DNA of 64,000 nt from Octopus vulgaris (Eukaryota). Where the stretch lies: positions 1,550,001-1,614,000 of the forward strand of contig OX597828.1 of assembly GCA_951406725.2 (NCBI GenBank). The letters run 5' to 3'. This document shows positions 35,755-47,067 of the stretch, piece after piece. Position numbers and translations under genes: made by a program. Position 1 is the first letter of the stretch; every line of letters begins with the position of its first letter. The notes beneath the pieces are model-generated. The model was not told where the DNA came from. It ran no database searches and was given only the letters and a program-made list of their open reading frames with translations.

Positions 35755-36870
35755 GGTTTAGTTACGGCCCTAGTGGTCTGGCTCTGCTTCTCGAATTTTA
35801 GCAGCGAGATTGGCGCTCAAGCAACACCTCTAGCCGAAACACGAGGGATGCATTGTCAGAGCTAAGTTACGTGCAATGGAACAAGTGAGAATCAACATTG
35901 CTGGAGTGGCTCGTGTGGTAGAGGCCCAACGTGGCAATGATGCCGCAATAAGGTGTTTCGCGGATCAGAAGGAGCGTTCGGTAAACAAACTCAAGTAGAT
36001 GTGTAAGTTTGTTCATGAACAATTCCCCCAACTAATTGGGGGGGGGGGGGGGCTGGAGCGGAGAGAGGACCTCACGGACTTTCTCACCGGTATGCTGCGT
36101 CTCTCGGGGCGAGAAGCAGAGTGCTGTGAGGGACCGATCACAGCTACGATGGTGGAGGAGGCTTTATCGGATTGCGGTGGAGACAAGTCGCCGGGACTCG
36201 ATGGTCTACCCTTTTAAGCTGTTATAGTATGCCAGACTTGTTTGGGCGTCTACACTAACTAGCACAGAATGGATACATAACTAGATCTGTGAACCAAGGG
36301 GTTGTGGTGCTGCTTAGAAAGGACTTAAACAAGGGGGAAGTAATGGATAATTTTAGGCCCACCTCTCTGCTTAAAACAGAGTTGAAGATTTTGGCCAAGG
36401 TGTTAGCAAAAAAGGTTGGAGCGGGTAGTGGGTGAACTTGTGGGAGAGATGCAAACTTGCGCCGTCCCTGGCAGGTCTATTCGTGACAATCTCCACCGTA
36501 TACGCTACACCTAAGGACGCTTATAGGATTCCAGGTAAAGGTGGGGCTTTGGTCCATTTAGATCAGTCTAAAACATTTGATAGGGTTGACCATCGGTACC
36601 TGGCAGCAGTCCTCGAAGCGGCTGGGTTTGGACCGACCTTCCGTGGATGGATCGCCGCTCTTTCGGGTAAACGGTTTCCTTTTGGAGCCGTTCTATATCG
36701 AGTGCTCGATCCGGCAAAGATCTCCCCTCTCATCTCTGCTCTATGTGTTGGCTCTCGAGCCTTTACTGCGGAAATTGGAGTGTATGAGGGACGCTCCGTG
36801 AGTTCTCGGATGTGGAAGGTCTGTTATGGCATATGCGGACGACATCACCATCATCGTATCCGTGGCCCAA
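35755..36870 (+). mobile_element. Tx1/L1-clade ORF2 (RT) fragment, degenerate
   Basis: KSPGLDGLP, NFRPTSLL, QTCAVPGRSIRDNL, LDQSKTFDRVDH, SPLSSLLYVLALEPL, AYADD. Confidence 0.85.
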
Positions 36871-37149
36871 CACCAACAATGGACTGTTATAACACCTACG
36901 TCGGGCTGTTATAATGCCCACTCCGGTATAACAGTATAATTAGTTAGACAAGTAAAACACGACTATCTATGACTAACTTTCCGACGTCACAGTATGACAT
37001 TCCATTGGTCACGTGGGAGGGGTGTACCACTATTATTATTATCATCCTCATAACATCTCCCCTTTTAAGTTTTTTTTCTTAGGGAGTGTAATTTTATTTC
37101 TTTTATTAGCAATAAATTTTTCATCATCGATGTTGTCTTGCTTGTGGCG

Positions 37150-38085
37150 GCGATATTGTAAGGATTGTGGTCTTCCAGGCGACAAGTATACCATAGAGAA
37201 ATTGGTAAGGGTAAGGTCTGGAGATGGTCTTCCAGGCTGCTCCGGAGACCTGGAGAGGATAGTCGACACCATAACGACGAAGTAAAATTAAGTGTTATGG
37301 TGGAAGGCAGGAAGCCCTGTTGTTACAAGTGTGCCAGAAAGGCTACATAAGAGCGGAGTGCCCTCTCCCGCAGTAAATGCAACAGCGGCACTACCTTCTG
37401 CGACGACAAATGCGGTGGGAGCCTGGCGAAAAGTAAAGGAAGGAGGACCAAGTGAAGGAAGAAACAAAGGATGAGTGGAAAACGGTCAGTATAAGAAAAA
37501 GATGATGTTAACCCCCACATTACCCCCACCCGCCCCCTTCAGACACCAACCTTCACCCTGCCTCGCCAGACACTGACCCCCATCCCTGTCCCTACAGATA
37601 CACAAGCAAACACAGAGGAGTCTCAAATCCTCCAGCCCCCACTCCGAGAAAAGTGCCGCATTGTTATGTACAATGCCTTGAGTAGGAAATAGAAAATTTG
37701 TATTCCTTTGTAAAAGTTGATATTTCGTTGTGTGAGGGGATTCCCTCTCATATAAGATGCGCACTTATTAAAAAAGAGAACTGTCAAAGACCTAAAGAGA
37801 CGTTCGGAGAGAATATTGCCTCCCTGGAAAGGGAAGTTGACATCGACGGAGTACCTTTAACGGTTAAGCCTATGCGATATATATTCATAGACTTGAAAAG
37901 GACGTTTAATTGTATTAAAGAGTTTCAATGAGGTCACATGAAATGTGGGGTTCAAGTAGCTTTCATTTCACCCCTTCATTAATTTCACCACATCCTTTTG
38001 TTTCATTCGTTTTTATTTCTTCCCCACATGTGCTGTCCTTGTGCCGTTCCATCTGCGTTGAGACCCTTAGTGGTTAATAAAAAAT
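37150..38085 (+). mobile_element. Tx1-like ORF1-only unit C (5'-truncated)
   Basis: Homologous to 38920-39905; CYKC..KGYIRAEC; ORF ends TGA 37929-37931; AATAAA 38076-38081. Confidence 0.7.
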
Positions 38086-38086
38086 A

Positions 38087-39907
38087 CACAATCGATCCCA
38101 TCACTCGTGTTACGGTAAGTGGATTATTTTCAAGGTTTATTGTTAATTAATTTACGTTGAATTTTTTTGCAGGTTTTTTCTTGGGAATTCCTTTTCAGGC
38201 TTGTTTTCCGTTGTTTCCTCCGTTTGGGGGCGAATCATTTATATTTTGTGTAGGTTGTGTCTACACAAAATGGATGACGATATGTCGTACAAACTAATGG
38301 AAAGCGAAGTTGATTCGGAATATACCAGTGATTCTGGTGATAGCAATGATAATTACGCGGCCGCGGTAAGCAGGCGCTTTAAGTGCTATAACATCAAGCC
38401 AGAAACTGTAAGAAAGTTCCAGACAATTGTACAGGGGGAGGGAACAAACGTAAGGTTGTGTCTTCCCAAGGAGGTCATGGAAATTACGAAGGAATCTGTT
38501 GTGTAAGGCGGGAGTTGGAGAGGTGCAAGGATATAATGAGAAGAGAGGGGCACGAAATTAAGGTGAGCCCGCCTAGCGAGGTTACAAAGTCTACGACGTT
38601 AAAGACAATTGCGTACAGAACGTACAATTTGAAGTTAAAAAGAATTGAGGTTACAACAAAGCAACAGGTGGAAATGGCATTAAAGTCCATCTGGCAGGAC
38701 GTTTGATACCTTGCCAGAGGGAAGAAGTGCACAACAGTAGAGGTGAGGTTGCAAACCGAGGAGAAAGCCAGGCAGCACTCAGTGACCTCCATTAGGACAG
38801 ACGAGGTGGTTCTTCTGCCAATTTACTTTGGAAGGTGTGCTACCAGGGTAAGGGTTGAAGAAATCCCTCCAGTAGTCGATGTTGCCTGGCTTGTGATGGT
38901 GCCAGGCTGGAGGATAGAATTGTGACCCTCCAGGTTATAAGGATACCGCAGAGAAACTGGTAAGGGCAAGGACTGGAGATGGTCATCAAGGCCTCCCCGA
39001 AGGATTTGGAGAATATTGTAGATACTAAGGTTTGTGGTGGATGGCAGAAAGCCCCGTGGTTTCAAGTGTGGCCAAAAAGGCTACATAAGTGCAGAGTGCC
39101 TTCTACCGTCCCGGACATGTATCATTGGTCCTTCAGGTCAGGAAAGAAATCGCACCTCCACCTCCTGCGATGACAAATGCAGTGGGAGGAGCCTTGCGAC
39201 AAAGAAAAGAAGGAAAACCAAGTGGAGGAAGTAGCAGAGAATGAGTGAAAGACAATAAAAGGAAGACAAAAAGCAAGAGAAGGACCCAATCTGTTGATGT
39301 TTACCTCCACCTACTCCCGCTTTACCCCACCCTGCCCCACTCAAACCCACCCTACCCCTACAGACACCAAGCCTCATCCTACCCCACCATACACTAACCC
39401 CAACCCTGCCCCCACAGATACACAAGCAAACACAGGAGCCTCAAATCCCCAGTCTCGACCCCGAGAAAAGTGTTGCATTATATCATACAATGCCCAGAAT
39501 GAAGGGCTGTTGAAAGAGTTGGAGAAAGTAAACACCATGGAAAAAAATTGATATTTCTATGTGCGAGGGTTTTCCACACATGTAAAATGTGTTCTTATTA
39601 ACAGCTAGCACTATTGTAAACTGAGAGAGACGTTCGGGGCGACTCTTCATTCCGTAGAAAAGGAAATCGCCATGGAAACACTACTTGCAACAGTGAATCG
39701 ACAAGATTTTATTTCATAGACTTTGAAAGAACTTAAAAGTTATAAATTGTGTTAAAAAGTTTCAATGAGGTCACTTGGAATGTGGGGGTTCGAGTGGCTA
39801 CCATTTCACCGTTTCGTTAATTTCATACCATCCTTTTTTGACATTCATTTTTATTTTTCCCACTTTGTGCTATCCTGTGCTATCCTTAGTGTTCAATTAA
39901 AAATAAA
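38087..39907 (+). mobile_element. Tx1-like ORF1-only unit D, apparently complete (about 1.8 kb)
   Basis: Head motif, ATG 38270, frameshifted gag-like ORF (FKCGQKGYISAEC, Pro/Thr linker, C-terminal domain) to TGA 39766-39768, structured 3' UTR, A-rich end. Confidence 0.7.
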
Positions 39908-40692
39908 CGATCGATTCTATCGCTACAGTATCACGGTTGATGGTGTCACCCCTTCTCATACGTTCTGCTGTTGGTTGTGCATCCGCAGTTTACGGCTGTT
40001 TGATCCTTGTTCCTATACCTGTGCCTATGGAATCAGCAAATTACAAAACTTGAGCTCATCGGCGCCGCTGCCGTTGTTGTTTATTACCAAATCTTTTTTC
40101 GGAAGCTGCGTGAATTTGTACTTTGTTTTCCTTATTATAAATCTTTTTTGTTGATTTTATTGTTCTATCTTGTTTCTTAGCTGACCAGAGCCATAAAGCT
40201 TTTAGTTACTTGCTTGACGGAGCTAAATTTCAAAAGAGTGAAATTGTTTTTCGAGACATGAAAATAATTTCAAAATGGCGTAGTCTTCGTTTCTGAGCCA
40301 AGAAGAGAAGAAGGTGAGACAAGGTTTTGAATAGAAATCGTCTTTCACTGACAGCTTCTCCTGCATCATTCTTCTGACCTTATTAAAAATAACAATAACA
40401 ATATCAGTAACCACAACAGCACTAATAACAGCAATAGCAGCAACATGTCAAGCAAAGATGCTCAAAAAAATAATAATCAGCAGCAGCAGCAACAGCAACA
40501 GAGGCAAGCCGTGCATTGTCAACACTACCACTACCATCAACACCACCACCACCACCACCACCACCACCACCATGAATATCATTACCGCCGTCACTGCCAT
40601 CATCACCATCATCATCATCATCAACGGGCAAATAAGTAATAACGAGTCTAACACTCAACAGTTGTAAATGCCACCCAAAATTACTTCTATTA

Positions 40693-40882
40693 CACTGGTC
40701 TGCATGATTTTTTTTTATTGGCTGTATGGTATCTTTTTCTGAATATATATGAAAAACAACAAGTCATTGTGTTTTTTATGCATCTCTATCACATCAGGTT
40801 GTCAAGTTATACGCAGACGTTACTTTTCTCTTTTTGTATGACATAAGTTAACGATAAATTCAATATTGACTTAAATATTAAA

Positions 40883-40917
<35 letters not shown>

Positions 40918-42140
40918 ATTTTGAGTTTGTGAATATGTCTAGAAGCTGCATCAATTCACCAGATATATTCTGCTGTGTCTGCGGATAACTCACCCCTTCA
41001 GATTCCCGGAGAAATATTACTCCTTTCTTGAAGCGCTGCTATTTAGCTTATTTTGGCTGCAAATTGGGAGACTAGGACAAGCCATTTGCACCTCACAAAG
41101 CTTGCAAGAGTTGCATCAGTAAGCTTCAAATGTGGCTAGTTGGAAAACCTAAATGTATGCCCTTTGGAGTACCAATGGGAGTAGATGAACCATTATGATG
41201 ACTGCTACTTTGGATTCAACAAGAAGATGAAAGATCGCATATACCCAAATATTCCTTCAGCAATAAGGCCTGTTCCACACTCAGATGATATTCCTGTACC
41301 TGTGACACCTGAGGCACGGGAAATTTCATCAGAGTCTGATACTGCTGATACGAATGAGATGGAAGTAGACTATGAGCCACCAACAAATGACTATCCCAAA
41401 TTCTTCAACCAATTTGAGCTCAATGAATTGGTTAGAGACCTCAACCTTCCAGAAGAAAGTGCTCCGTTACTTGGTTCTAGACTGCAGGAACACAAGCCTC
41501 TAGCTCCAGGAACAACATTGACTTGGTACCGTCATCATGAAGCAGAATTCACTCAGTTCTTTGAGAAAGAGGATTCTTTAGTTTCTGTTCAAATATTTCT
41601 GGCCTTATTGAACACATGGGGATGTTGTACAAAGAAGATGAAGGGCGGCTCTTCTTTGATTCTTCTAACAAAAATTTAAAGGCTGTTCTTCTCTACAGTG
41701 GCAACACAACTGCATCTGTGCCAATTGGCCATAGTGTCCATGTGCCAGAAACTTACGAAAATATGAAGACAATAGTAACTGCAATCAAATACCATAATCA
41801 CAATTTTCTCATTTGTGGTGATTTAAAAGTTATTGCTCTCCTACTAGGTCTTCAAGGGGGATACACTAAGTATCCCAGTTTTCTGTGTCTTTGGGGTCGT
41901 AGGGCAGACAGCCAGCACTATGAACAAAATGACTGGCTACCAAGAACCAGCTTCTTACCCCGAAATCAAACGTGAAAGCTGTTCCACTAGTTGCCCCACC
42001 CCCAAATTCTACTGCCACCACTCCACATCAAATTAGGGCTTATGAAAAATTTTGTGAAAGCCCTAAACAAAACTGGAGCTTTTTTCAACTACCTGGAGTC
42101 AAAGTTTCCTCGTATAAGTGAATGCAAGCTAAAAGCTAAA
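40693..42140 (+). mobile_element. Chapaev3 (CMC) DNA transposon, degenerate transposase, 3' end not found
   Basis: ATG 40935 MSRSCINSPDIFC; NHYDDCYF, YPNIPSAIRPVPHS, ELNELVRDL, ICGDLKV..LLGLQGGYTKY, LPPLHIKLGLMKNFVKAL; left end tta|CACTGG at 40693. Confidence 0.85.
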
Positions 42141-42589
42141 GTGGGCATACAGATTTGACAATCGACCATTCAGTTTATTCATTTACATTTTGCAGAGCCA
42201 TGCATGCATTCTGATGAGATTACTTTTACATTTTTGTCCAAAGTGACTAAAATGCCCAACATGGTTGCCTTTTGTTGTTGGTGTTAGGGGTTCATATTCC
42301 GCCGGTTCAGTTTTGCTTTTCAGCATTCCACTCTGGAGTTTTTAGCTAAAATACTAGCCCTGTTCTGGCTAAATATAATTGTTTATACTCAACCCTCTTA
42401 TTTTTTTCTGGGAAGGCGGTTGACACCTCTCCGTTGAGAGGTCTTTTACAAAAATCTTACATTGAAAACTTACACTTCCGAATTTCGGTTAAAATATCTT
42501 TTGCAAGGAAGAATACCAGACATCATTACCGAAGCTGCGTATTAACCAATTTTTCAGTGGCATGACTATGCTTCTCATAGTAGACCAAA

Positions 42590-43970
42590 TGAAAACAGCA
42601 ACAATACTGCTGAAATAGGTAACAGAAGTACAGAACCCAGTTTACGAGCAGTATATCCCAACGAGAAAGCTCAACAAAGAATAGAGGAGAACAGAGATGT
42701 GGAAAAAGAGGAGAACGTAGACCTTCCTCAAAAACACCAAAATGCATATGACACAGAATTGGAGGTGAATAATAGAGAAAAGATTACAGAAGCAAAAGAA
42801 GACATTATGAGAGAACTGAGCAAGTTTGAGTTTAGTGACTGGATCAATAGAGAGCTTCTACCAACGTTTTCAAACAGCACAAAAATAACAGCATAATCAT
42901 GATATATAGCTTTGCTCTTAGACAGATTTGAAGAAATAAGGGAAATGATCTAACAACCTTGAATAATCCCATCTATTCCACTGCTAAAGTAGTAACTGCT
43001 CAACTAGGTATTATGATGACACAGAAAGCGGAAAGCAGCAATACAAAAAGAGATTGAATCTCTGCGGGTGGTTGTGTTAGTTCTCGAGGAACTTGCTAGA
43101 GGAGTAAATATTAAGACGAAAAACGCTATAAAACCCTAGCAAAAATATAAAACCGAACATCTTATAAACCTACCTGCAACTAAAGGATTGTTGAAACAGC
43201 ATGTACAGTTGAAAACCCGACGGCTTAGAAAGTATGTCAAAAGAATCAAATTTTATTGTCAAAACAAAGTATTCAAGACATGCAATAAATTTTATAGGGA
43301 AATTGGCAAAAGTAAGATAGAGGTAAAGGAGTCACCGAAGACTGTAGAAGTGGAAGAATTCTGGAAGAAGATATGAAGCCTGGAGACTCGATGAAATTGA
43401 AGAGCAGAAATGGGAGGCAATAAGAATAGAAGAGCTAAGATGTGTTCTTAGAAAGTCGCATAAATGGAAAACAGCAAGACTGGACTGGTTCCCAAACTTC
43501 TGGATGAATTGTTGGACAGAAGTATACGAAAATCTCGCTATATCTCTAACTGATGTCATTCAGAACCAAGCAAATACCTGCTTGGCTGACTGAAGGAACT
43601 ACATACCTACTACCAAAAACAGAAGACACAAAAAAGTCGAAGAACTACCAACCAATAACATGTCTCAACAAAAATCACCTACAAAATCCTCACATCGATA
43701 CTAACTGAAAGAATATACGCTTACTTTGAACAGAACTCTATCCTTCCACAAGCTCAAAAAGATTGTAAAAGAAGTTCTTACAGGTGCAAAGACTAATTAC
43801 TAATAAATAAAAGGATTGTAGAGAATTGTCAGAACAAACACATGAACCTGAGTATTTCGCTACTGCCTCCACCACTTCCCGTCCCCAAGCTTTCAGTTAT
43901 ACTGTAATATCTATTATCCTTTACTTGCCCTAACGAGCTGTGTGTCTCTGGGCAAGTGATTGCAACAAAA
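42590..43970 (+). mobile_element. Dong/R4 copy of the 18793 family in plus orientation, internally deleted
   Basis: Reverse-complement similarity to 20820-22170; 3' UTR at 43880-43965 followed by (AAC)/(AAT). Confidence 0.85.
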
Positions 43971-44039
43971 AATAGCATCATCAGCAGCAACAAGAACAAG
44001 AACAAGAACAACAACAACAATTATAATAATAACAATAAG

Positions 44040-44430
44040 CAGGACCTGTGGGAATTCAACGGTATAAGTCAACACATTTGAACACAAACAAGGAGTTTCA
44101 AAATATTCTTTTGATACCCTGCCATTTAATAAGGTATTGCTTACTTACCTCCTTGTAATATGTTTGATAGATATAAGGAAATAAAAGATGAATTAAAAAA
44201 ATAAAAGTCAATCATATATATTGATTAACTGTTTATTATTTACAATTTTGTTAAATATCTGTCCCTGTGCCTTATTTATTGCCAGCCTTTCAGGGAAGGT
44301 TGGTGTCATTTGGAGTCAGCTTCATGCGAGGTATTAGGATGCGTATTCCTTCTTGTGCACCTGTTATTGAAGTGGCTTCAATGCAATTATTGTGGTGGCT
44401 GATACAGTCTCCATGTAGTATCTCCTGATT
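44040..44430 (-). pseudogene. Helitron Pif1-like helicase C-terminal remnant
   Basis: Minus strand 44375-44245 reads IEATSITGAQEGIRILIPRMKLTPNDTNLP...INKAQGQ. Confidence 0.7.
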
Positions 44431-44577
44431 TAAAAAAAATAATCCTCTTTATTTTCTCTCTTTTTAGCTAATATCGTCAATAGTTATTCATATTTTATAA
44501 ACAAATGTTTTGATTGAATTAAAGGCACATGTGTTAAGTGAGGGAATTAAAAAAAGTAAAAATATATAAACAAACTA

Positions 44578-44903
44578 CACTGTTCGCTGTTCCACCATCA
44601 ACAAGGCTCAATCCGAGTTATTTACAAATACAGAATACTTACAGTTCTTGGCATACCTCCACATCTGTGTCCTTCGACTTTGTTACCTCATAACTTGCAG
44701 AAACTGGATATTTTTCAAAGGAATTTTCGGCAAATATACTTCAGATAGGGTACATTGCGATTATATCACAATTTCTGATGATATTTTTTTCTGAGAGTGG
44801 GGAGAGAGTTTCGGAAATCTCACACGAGTCGGTTTTGTTTCCTCATAACTTTCGGAAAAATGAATATTTTTTGAATAAAATTTGCAATAAGTACTTTCCA
44901 GAG

Positions 44904-44973
<70 letters not shown>

Positions 44974-45076
44974 GGAGGGAGGGAGAGAGAGAAAGAGAAT
45001 GGATAGGCGGAAAAGAAAGAACGAAACAGCGAAAGAACAGCAAAGAAAAGAACGAAAGGGAATAGTTGAACCAGTG
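44578..45076. mobile_element. Possible non-autonomous DNA transposon (CACTG...CAGTG ends, internal cctcataactt subrepeat)
   Basis: cactgttc at 44578 and gaaccagtg ending 45076; duplicated block near 44685 and 44842. Confidence 0.3.
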
Positions 45077-45650
45077 AAATATATATATATATAAAACACC
45101 GTTGCCCCTGCAATGGAACACATAAAAGATAAAAGTGTAACTTCCATACCCAAGTTAATTCCACTTTAACTATATATCGACATATCTTTGAAAACATAAA
45201 ATGATAGTTTCATTGCATTAACCATTTCGATCGTACCTGCGTTTATAACAGACAAATGCGGAATAATATAAATCTTCTATGTCCCCTTCACTCTCTGTAT
45301 TAAAATAGAATTCTGTCTGTCTGTCCGTGTGTGTCTCTCCTTGTTGTGATGAAAATTACGATGCCCCCTTGCAAGAGATAGAATGGTCCGAGTAAAGTAT
45401 AAATAGTAACGATCCGAGTGAGTTCATAGTTCAGAGTCGAGTGAAATTCGTGTTAGTTCGCAGTGAAGTCGGAAGGTGTCGGTTAGTTAGTTCAGAAGGA
45501 ATTTTGATTATTGGTTTGTAAAGAGATTTGTTAGTTCGTTACATTGTTTATCTTATTTATTTTACGTAACAATAAACATCTGGTGACGAATGTTTCGAAG
45601 CTGACGTAGGTTATTTAACAATTTATTCATAATACAACTTGTTAAATAAT

Positions 45651-46034
45651 CTTTTCTACTCTAGGCACAAGGCCTGAAATTTTTGGGGAGAATGCCAGTC
45701 GATTAGATCAACTCTAGTAAGCAACTAGTACTTAATTTATCGACCCCGAAACGATGAAAGGTAGAGTCGACCTCGGCGGAATTTGAACTCAGAACGTAAA
45801 GACAGACGAAATATCTATTTCTTTACTACCCACAAGGGGCTAAACACAGAGGGGACAAACAAGGACAGACAAACGGATTAAATCGATTACACCGACCTCC
45901 AGTGCGTAACTGGTACTTAATTTATCGACCCCGAAAGGATGAAAGGCGGAATTTGAACTCAGAACGTAACGGCAGACGAAATACGGCTACGCATTTCGCC
46001 CGGCGTGCTAACGTTTCTGCCAGCTCGCTACTTT
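45651..46034 (-). mobile_element. Dimeric SINE family 2 with 15-bp TSD
   Basis: TSD aacttgttaaataat at 45636-45650 and 46035-46049; tRNA-like head gcgagctggcagaaacgttag. Confidence 0.9.
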
Positions 46035-46131
46035 AACTTGTTAAATAATGGAAGACCTATTAGCTTCCATAGTACAGTTGCAAAAGCAACAACAAGAGCA
46101 ACAACAGAAGTTGCCGAAACAGCTATAACAG

Positions 46132-47067
46132 TGTAGCAATATTGTTTTCTTCATTGCTATCTTCACTGTTTGAGAAAAATATTAAGAATGATCTCGTTTG
46201 AGATTACAAACATCTTTGGCTAGTTTAACCTTGTTGTGTCCACTATTATGATTGGTTAGCATCTAAGCGCGGTCCGTCTCTATACTTATTTCGCGCCAGT
46301 GTGTAAACTGACCAATCACGGCTTTCGGATAGGACTTTTCATTTGAGCCAACACGATTCAACGTCTTTCGGCTTAAGACCTTTTAAGGTCTTGGTCGGAG
46401 ACCACACACAGCTTACTCAACCAGGTTCCAGTTCGAAAGGCAGACGACAGCCAAGCCAACCATAATATGAAGACGTTATTGTAAACCAGCGACAGACATA
46501 ACGTCATCACCAACATCGAGTGTTTGTTGGATGTCACTGAACTCCACGACACTCACTCTTTTGAGACATCGGTAATTTTCATGCCATTTCTAAAGTTAAT
46601 CACAAGTCTATTTTGATTTGTTGGTTAATGTATTAGTTAGAATTAAGAAATTAGTTAATGAATTTATAGTCGTTCTTCTACACGACAAAGTTATCTTTCT
46701 TTCCTACTGTAAATAATATAAAATGTTATATTTATATAATAAAACTAATTAAAAGAAAATGTTTCTCTTCACGTTTGTTTTTCAACTAAGCATAAATAAT
46801 TATGCAATTCTGTAATCCTTAATTTATGTTTTCTTATAGCGGTTAAAAGGACACGAAGAAAATATTCAACATACATGTCATTAATATTCATAGCGTTTCA
46901 TGTGTATATGTCTCTATGACGTTATATACTGTAGTTAGGGTTTTAGGTATAATGATAACACTTGAGTATAAGTGACGTTAATCATTATATTCTCCCTTAC
47001 TCAGAAAAAAGCCACATCAAATAATATAAACTAAGAGAAAGCTTAAAGTTTAAAACAAAAACCGCCA
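46132..47067. mobile_element. 936-bp TG...CA insertion (probable solo LTR) inside Gypsy gag
   Basis: TSD TAACAG at 46126-46131 and 47068-47073; Gln-rich gag frame resumes across it. Confidence 0.7.

Noticed and set aside
37929-37965. Gag-pol stop-codon readthrough signal
   Set aside because: A structure follows the stop, but no pol frame lies downstream before the poly(A) signal.
38087-38120. Head motif as snRNA, tRNA or spliced-leader gene target
   Set aside because: I could not match it to U1/U2/5S/tRNA from memory and the three versions are diverged; an Rfam search is needed to exclude it fully.
40422-40667. Poly-Gln/His ORF resembling a transcription-factor exon
   Set aside because: Mixed trinucleotide microsatellite, open in several frames, with no domain or clear splice context.
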